A DNA stretch of 53,634 nt from Chromera velia (Eukaryota): the NCBI GenBank assembly GCA_018398765.1, contig JAHBMJ010000218.1, positions 1 through 53,634 of the forward strand, given 5' to 3'. The notes beneath the pieces were generated by a model. That model saw only the letters and a list, made by a program, of their open reading frames with translations. It did no database searches and was not told the origin of the DNA. A program made the position numbers and the translations under genes. This document shows, in pieces, positions 46,329-53,634 of this stretch; the stretch's first letter is position 1; every line of letters begins with the position of its first letter.

Positions 46329-47560
46329 TAGTGACCAGATTTGATTTGATTTGATTTGAAGTAGGGCTTAACCTCAAATCAAGTCTTAGGCCTGAAAAAC
46401 TTTAGTATGATAGGGCCTATCAAATCCTATCAAATCTACTTCAAATCTGACCCTTTAACCTCAAATCTTCGAGGTCAATCCGTCATCCAGCCTCTCAAAT
46501 GAGTCTTCGCACTTTTTTGTGCGAAAAAAAAAAAAAGATCACAAAAAGATTTTTTCATCGGTTTCACATGCATATGAACGCGCAAAAGCTTTTCCAAATG
46601 TCTGTTCAGTGAAAAAGAGGTTATCCAGTCTATTCTCCAGACATTTAAGTTTTGATTGAGGGTTTAAAGTGCTTCTTTGTTGTGCTGTGGCAGTTTTTAC
46701 GCAGTGTTGTTAAGTCTCGGTACTTTCGGTACCTCAGTACCAGAGGGGGGGTCGGTATCGGATTTCGGATCGGATCTTTCGGTACCGACCTAAATGACTC
46801 TCAAACTTAAAAATCACATGTAGTCTGATGTTAGAATATCATTTAAACACACTTCATAAAACAAAATAAACAAAACATAATGATAAATTAAAATTAAGAA
46901 AGTCTTTTCTAGCTTTTTTGATTGTTCCGCGACTTCTGTCTTCTAGAACGGTCTATGGATTGAGGCATAAAACCCAAAAGTTCATGCTAGTCCTCTTTGA
47001 GCATTCCAGTGTCCTAACGGCGTATAAACAGTCTGTAAAGAGTTCTAAAAACCTGTTTAGAATATGTAAAAAAGCCAGTACCGAAAGTATTGAAAAGGTA
47101 CCAAAAGTACCGAAAATTTTTGGATCGGGGGGTCGGTATCGGATTTCGGTACTTAGGTTTGTCGGGACTTAACAACTCTGTTTTTACGCTTCTTTCTTTG
47201 CCTTGGGCCCTTCTTGGGTCCCCCTTTATCAAACCGATCAACGATGTCAAACGATCCCACAGGTTATAACAACAAGAAGGCCGCATTAGTATATACTACT
47301 AAATACACTACCGGCTATGCGAAGAAAGTGTAGCCTGCAGAAAGAGGGGGTAATGTAATTGTATGCTCTTAATTTATGTAAGCTCTTAGCTTTGACAATA
47401 GCTCATTAATTTTGAGAGTCTTAATTTAGGCTATTATTTAGCTTTTTGTCTAATTTTTAGTGATTTTCTTGTCTCTAGGCCGGGCTTTCTAGGATTTACT
47501 AGTGGTGTCAACTCTAGTGTCGACTGTGTCATGTCGTCTTCAGCCACAGTAGTATAGATG
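46329..47560. mobile_element. Second family B-like element; left end intact, right end not found
   Basis: Begins TAGTGACCAGATTTGATTTGATTTGATTTGAAGTAGGGCTTAACCTCAAATC, closely matching 36986 onward. The right boundary is a guess. Confidence 0.6.
46702..47180. mobile_element. hAT-like MITE (family C), 479 bp, perfect 8-bp TSD
   Basis: TIRs CAGTGTTGTTAAGTCTCG and CGGGACTTAACAACTCTG match at 16/18. TTTTTACG at 46694-46701 and 47181-47188. Subterminal TCGGTA/TACCGA repeats. Confidence 0.92.
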
Positions 47561-48444
47561 TGGCGGCGACACCTGGCAGAGCCAAGATTTATCCATATCA
47601 ATCAATCAATCAATCAATCCATAGACATAGCGGGAAGGCCCTAGGGCGGAACATATCAATCAATCAATCAATCAATCAATCCAAAAATTTATTCTTTTTG
47701 AATTCTAGTTTGAATTGTAGATATAACTATGTCAGTTTGCATATATTTTAAATGCATTCGGTTCAGTCATGTAGTCATATTAATTGTTAGATCTGAATTT
47801 CATTCTGTGTCTCGTTCCAGTTTTTCAAGTAACATCTTTCGAGAAGTCTCCTGACACAGAGTTACAGCCAATGCAGATTGCTAATTGAGCCCGATAGACT
47901 TCCCCAACCCCGTCATGCTTCCCCGAAGCCCTGCAATTCCGGGTCCGACTGCGTTTGCCTTCCCCGACCTGTCTTCTACAAACGGTCGGTGCTCGATCTG
48001 CTTTTCGTCAGACAGTTATGGGCAAGCAACGCAGGGCAATGAGACAGTACATAAGTGAAATGACGAACACACACTGACATGTGTACAGGCAGCAGATACC
48101 TTCCGTTTCGCCTGACTCATCCTTCCGATTTCCCTTTACCCAGAAAGCTGAGGGAGAGCCTACGGGAGCAAGTGATCGCGGCGAGGCAAAACTCAAATAT
48201 TTCGGGTCACGAAACAGAAACTCGAAGGTGCTGGCAGAAAAACAGAGTCACAGCACTGGGCCACGCGACGCTATCCTTTCAAAGAAGACCAACAAAGACG
48301 TCTGAGCTTCCTCCAACGACCCGTCAGGCTTTCTCCATGTCGCTGCGTCTGTCCATCTGCCTCTCGATTTTCCTGTCTGCCTGCGACTCTCCTCACCTAC
48401 CTTTCTGCCTATCCTGCTGCCTCCCAACTGCCCCCCCTTACGGT

Positions 48445-50365
48445 TTACATGTTTCCTGGTGGTTCGTTGCTTCTTTCTTCGTTTCTTTCTTGATTTCCTC
48501 CTTTCTTTCTTTCTTTCTTTCTTCCTTCCTTTCTTTCTTTCTTTCTTTCTTTGCTGCTTGCTTGCCTTTCCTCTTCGCCTTTTCTATCTCTGCACAGCCC
48601 CACCTGATGGTACGCGAAGTTCCGCAACACGACGTCCACCGTGAGGGAGATCTTCCCACTCGAAGAGGTCGGGAAGAAGTGCCGCTCCTTCGCGCCCTTG
48701 TCGATCAACTCCAGCTGCATCAACTGGGGCCGACTCCCACAGAAGGCAGCTGTAGACAGACAGACAGACAGACAGAAGAAAGGGGGAAGCGAGGCGCAGA
48801 AAGAGAAAGAAAAAGAAACGGAGAGAGACAGAGATTAGGGTTCTCTTTCAACAGGGCAAGAAACTCTTCTCAGACGGGAGTGGCAGACAACAAGGAAGGC
48901 CAAAACCAGGAAAGGGGAGCAATCATCCTGTTATTTGATAGACAAAAAGAAAGAAAGAAGAACCTAGTGTGTAGCATATGCGCCCATCCAATCAATGTCT
49001 GCAACAAGACGAGCAGTCCTCGGGGGTCTCATTGCACAGACCCCCACGTAAATCGGCCAACGCACATCCGACTCTCTACGACCAGCCGGTGGGGATGGCC
49101 GATTTCCAGGCGGCCCGAGACTTGACAAGACGAAACGAAACGAAAGGCGTTCCAATGAAACGATTTGACTCAACACGCAGAGCACCAATCATCCTTCCTT
49201 CTCCCTTCCAAACTTCCTTTTCCCATCACATTGTCGGTCGGGGAGCAAGCACAGAGCAGCCGCTGTGCCACAGACGGCCATGAAAAGCGAATGCAGAGAA
49301 ACCGGGAAGAGAACACAAATCCCCGGGCAAGCAAAACTGAGGGAAAGGCAAAGAAAGATAGACTGACCATAGAGCTCCTCATTCCGAAGGCCCCGGGGCG
49401 TCCACGTGCTGACTGTCAACTCATGGTGACCCGCTGTGCAGGGCAGAGAGACGGTCCCGTATGATACTGCAAGCAGGAAACAAAGGGGGAACGTGGGAGA
49501 AGAATGATCTCCGTAAAGACGAACGTTTTTTTGCGGTAATATAATGTCTCAACCCCCCCCCCTCCCTTCACAGACACAGTCCGAAAAAGTGAGTGCGAAC
49601 AAGCAGACAGGACTAGACATAGATCAGAGACAGAAGCACACAGAAGCAGACCGCAGACTGGGGCAGTGCTTCGGAGGACAGAGACTTTGGAAGACAGCAG
49701 GACCTCCTTCATTTGTTTTTTCTTCGAACCAACGGAGAGGCCCGGAAGCACACAGTATGACACGCATATATGTATGTACATGCTTATGCAGCGGAGACGC
49801 ACCGACGTCCAGCCTCCCATTCCTGTCGAGTTTCCACACTTGCAACCTCAAACGCGGCCAGGTCGTGAGAGAGTCCGTCACCCAGTGAAAGTCCAAGGGC
49901 TGGTTCCACACGTGCACGTTGCTTTCCTGTGAGGAGGGAGGAGAGGAGAGGAGGGAGTCAGGAAAGGAGAAGAGTCGGCATCGAGCCACAAGGGGAGGCA
50001 GATTCAGAAAACGAAGGCAAAGAGAACGTTGGGGAGCCAGGGCAAGAGCTAGATCGTCAACGAAAGCCCGACAAATGGAAGAGGAAAGCAACACTGGATA
50101 TTTGAAGGGCCCCTCTGCGTTTGTCACCCTGATCCTGCAATAGACTGACATCCGCAAAAGCTGTCTGCGTCTGCTGACACGACTCTGCCATCCTGCTGAG
50201 TGCCAGCCATGACTGTCCGTGTTGAATCGAAAATTCCACAAACAACCCTTCTCCGTCCTCGATGTCGAATCCCCACCCAACATCGAGTTCTCCTATCATG
50301 TGAACCTCTGCCTCTGTGTTCTTTCTGTCCTTCGATTTGTCGTCCTTCCGAAATCGGGTTGCCAT
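48445..50365 (-). CDS. B9D2: B9 domain-containing protein 2 (ciliary transition zone, MKS module)
   Basis: Exons encode AEVHMIGEL..QTQTA, VWNQPLDFHW....WPRLRLQVWKLD.NGR, SYGTVSLPCTAGHHELTVSTWTP and F.GSRPQL..SGKISLTVDVVLRNF, all typical of B9D2. Codons after ~48604 are unresolved. Confidence 0.85.
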
Positions 50366-51011
50366 CTTGAGCTGACTTCTTGCAGAGGAAGAGGCAAGGT
50401 GGGCAGATCTAGTTGCTTTTCAAGAAAGGACTTGTTGCAGTCAGTCTGAAGATTCGTACGCGAGTGAAATAATGAACTTCACCAAGCACTTCATGTACGG
50501 ATTAGAACAGTATATACGCGGCGAAGTAAATGTCTGGTGATTGCCAAAAGGTTGCACGATGTCGAACTTCATCAAAGGAATCCAAGTCAGAATGGAAAGA
50601 TCAGCAGTGACAGATCAATCATGATCGTCCGATCTGGCTCCGGGACTGCAATTAAGCGTTGAATCGTGTGTTGTTTGCGGATTCAATGCGGAATTCAAAG
50701 TTGCGGCGCGGCGCTGCATGAATGGACATTGGACCCACCCGCGCCGCCACACAATGATGCATGCCTTTCGGGGCCGCCCGAGACGTCATTTCGTCGCCGT
50801 CTCCTGCAAATTTTCATACTTCCTGCCCATAGAGCTAGAGTTCGGGCGAGTGATGGTCAGATGGTGAGAGTTAAACGAGAGAAAGCCGAATGCATTCCAA
50901 ACTGTGTGCATACAAATCAGCTTCTGACTTCGATCTGCACGACCTTCGACGGAGTGAGGTAACAGGACCACCTATTCGCTGAATAGTGTCGTTTTACTTT
51001 TCCTTTCCAAG
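50366..51011. promoter_or_regulatory. Putative bidirectional promoter
   Basis: 646-bp spacer between divergent ATGs, with a GC-rich block at ~50700-50800 and TGCATGCC at 50758. Confidence 0.45.
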
Positions 51012-51993
51012 ATGTTCGGCAAGCTCGGTGAGATGCTCGGAGGGGGGGACATGGATAAGATCAAGGAGCAGGTTATGGGCATGATGGGAAGTGAAGGTGA
51101 CGCTGAAAACAACAAGGACGTCAGTCGTGCGGCGAAATGTGTTTATTTTTATTGTTTCATGTACATTCGTTCCGTCTCGCTTCACGGGGGCCTGTCAGCC
51201 GGCCTCGTTCGTCCGTTTCCTTTCGGGTTTATCTATACGGCCACTTTGTTGACTTACTGACGGACTTTGTGAATGGTTCTGGGTCTGTCTTCATGCGTGT
51301 CCATTTCTGCATTGCTGCCCGACTACCCGTGTCTGATGGCTGTACGCCTTTGTGTATGTATTCATATGTGACAGTTTGAGGGCACCTTTGCCCCTTTCAC
51401 CTTTATGTATATTCCTAGCTGAGCTGTTTGCCCCCGTGTGTCGAGAGAAAAGGTTTGATGCACGAAACAGGGGAGCAGAAGGGGGAAAGACCAGAAAACT
51501 CTAGAGACGAGTCTAAGACTCGTTCCGCCTGTTTTTGTTGCTGGATGCATTTGTCGGTCTGTGTGTCGAACTTTTTGGACTTCTGTGCTGTCTGTTCTAT
51601 GTGCGTGCCTGCTTGCCCGGATCTCAGCTAGCAAGCCCCTGCTCGCCGCTCTCGTCTCCGCCGTCAGTGAATAAAAGAAAATTGGTAGAACTATCAAGCA
51701 TGCCTGTCCCTTTCTGCTCGCCTGTCTATCCGCCTTTTTCCAAAATTTGTTTTTGCAGAAGATTCAGGCCGCTCTGACCGGTCTTGTGCCGATGCTGACT
51801 GCTGCTGGGAAGGGCGACAAGGCGAAGGAACTCGCTGAGAAGCTCCCCGACCCGGTATGCTGACAGAATTCGGGTTTGGCATTTGTTTGCTGTGGGTTCT
51901 TGTTGAAGTGGTTTTGTTTGCATGGTTGTTGTGCCTGAGCGTTTCGCTCGAAGGCTTTCTCTCTTTCTCGTTCGTATGTACAAGTATGCCTGC

Positions 51994-52069
<76 letters not shown>

Positions 52070-52528
52070 TGTACGTGCGTGCGCCAATTCTCGGGGCTTG
52101 CCTGCTTACGCGGTGTCCTTCATCAAAAAGAGACCAGAGGCAAACGGACGCAGAGACTGCAGGAAAGCATTCGCTAAGCTCTCTCTTCTCATTTCTCCGT
52201 CTACAGTCCGCTTTTCCTTGTGTGTTCGTTCATGGTTTCGCTCTGCATGTGGGTGGCTGAAACTCGGGCTTTCCCGTTTCAACGTTCTTCATCCACCTCT
52301 TCTTTCAGTGCTTGTTTTGGTCCTTAACCCCCCGCCTGTTTCTCCAACCCTCTAGTTTGCTTGATTCTCTTTCCTTGTAGCTTCGGCTTATCTTCTGATT
52401 CCGTCCTTGTTTGTGAATTGCTTCGTTGGTCTCCCTGTGACGCTCGTGTGTTTCCCCCCCCTTCTCTTCCCTGATCGATGCAGGTGAAGAACTTTGGGCC
52501 CATCAAGTCGATCCTCGAGTCTCTCTGA
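51012..52528 (+). CDS. Small hypothetical protein, 82 aa, 3 exons
   Basis: Exons 51012-51119, 51759-51854 and 52484-52528 are all phase 0 with GT-AG introns, giving MFGKLGEMLGGGDMDKIKEQVMGMMGSEGDAENNKD-KIQAALTGLVPMLTAAGKGDKAKELAEKLPDP-VKNFGPIKSILESL*. Confidence 0.8.
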
Positions 52529-53544
52529 AGTGCTTCTTTGGAAGGGCGCTAAGAGGAGGAGGAGATGGGAGAAGGAGCGGTTGCGGTTGGGGAAAAGGGA
52601 CTGGTGGAGGACGGAGACTTATCGTTGTGCGTGTACGGTTTGTTTGTTTCTGAATCATGCCTCGCAGGCATGCAGGGGTCCTCAAGAAAAGAAAAGCGGG
52701 TTCAAAGTTCAAAACGCGTTTGTTGGAACTGAAGTTCGGCAATGAAAGCGTCTGTAACTACCTGTTTAAGAAGAATGAAAAGGTACATGCAAATATGGTG
52801 CTTGAACAAAAAGTCAAAAGTTCTATTGACGTCTTTTGCTCCTCGAATGGTGAGTGGCAGACTGGCAGTCCTTGGAGTGCGTGCCTGAAGGTGACACTGT
52901 CTGGTGTTGAGAGGAAGACGGGCTCTCTGGATACAGAAGAGCTCACGATCTCTGCTCCAGTGTGTGTGTGCATGCGTATAGCAACAATTTTGGGGGGCAT
53001 CTTGCAAAACGAATCGGTCATTCAATGTGCCATTGATGTGGCGTGGATTCACTGTTGAACCTTTGCCACGAAGCGATTCGGATTGTGGGAGCCTTCAAAA
53101 AAAGTTCACGCAAAACAGATACAAGAGAAATGAAAATTTGAAAAAGATTCTTTCTTGAATTCGATTTATCTAAAAATATTTGCGTCTTTTTTATAACATT
53201 TTTTGCAATGGCGGACTAAAAAAAAATATGTAGAGTTAAAGACTAGTAAAGATTAAAGATTCAGTCTAGGATTTAATGAATTTTAGAATGATTGCATGTT
53301 TAAGTTGCAACAGTTTAAGTTAAACAGTTAGTTGTAGTAGCTGTAGCTAGCAATAAGTAAATTAATTAAAGGCAAAGTAAAGGTTGTAAAGCAATGAATA
53401 AAGATAGAAAGCTAGTTAGGCTAAGCTAGCTATAGGCACAGCTTGCTATACGCTATCAAAGCGTGACTAGAAAGAAAATGAGAATTAAATAAATTGACTT
53501 AATCGAAAATAGTGCTAAGCAAAAGAGAATGGTGTGTGTCGCTT

Positions 53545-53622
53545 ACGTTCATGACCTAGTGGTTAATATACAACATTAACAAACAGAAGATCATAGGTTC
53601 AATCCTCGCTACCTGCCTTTTT
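53545..53622 (+). pseudogene. Degenerate tRNA-like sequence (tRNA pseudogene or SINE head)
   Basis: A box TGACCTAGTGG (53552-53562) and B box GGTTCAATCC (53596-53605) at tRNA spacing, then T5. The acceptor and anticodon stems do not pair. Confidence 0.45.
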
Positions 53623-53634
53623 AAGGATCAACAA

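Noticed and set aside
45515..46354. Lys/Glu/Arg-rich and Phe/Leu/Ser-rich ORFs
   Set aside because: They are translations of the (GAAA)n tract.
14428..50365. Functional cluster of trafficking/ciliary genes (REP, SEC24, tetraspanin-like, B9D2)
   Set aside because: The genes are interspersed with unrelated ones and there is no synteny or co-expression evidence; likely chance.
52657..53058. 133-aa ORF downstream of the small gene
   Set aside because: No recognisable domain or splice structure; probably 3' UTR or repeat-derived.

Overview
Intron-rich eukaryotic nuclear DNA, most likely from a chromerid alveolate such as Chromera velia. This is an inference from GC-rich exons, microsatellite-filled GT-AG introns and TGCATGCA motifs; no search was run. 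Eight intact-looking genes form four head-to-head pairs: a secreted CBM1-like/repeat protein with Rab escort protein, a tetraspanin-like protein with SEC24, mitochondrial bL19 with a GGCT-fold membrane protein, and B9D2 with an 82-aa spliced small protein. The first ~7.4 kb is a mosaic of decayed gene fragments, including two RBR E3-ligase copies and a kinase. AT-rich spacers hold three families of non-autonomous TIR transposons, two cases nested, two with perfect 8-bp TSDs. The most unusual item is the ~1116-aa secreted protein: two CBM1-like Cys modules, four clustered RRLx[E/Q/D] (TEXEL/PEXEL-like) motifs and an 18-residue repeat region. No prokaryote-type system (CRISPR, operon) is present. 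Family calls come from motif recognition by eye, and exon boundaries are manual predictions.
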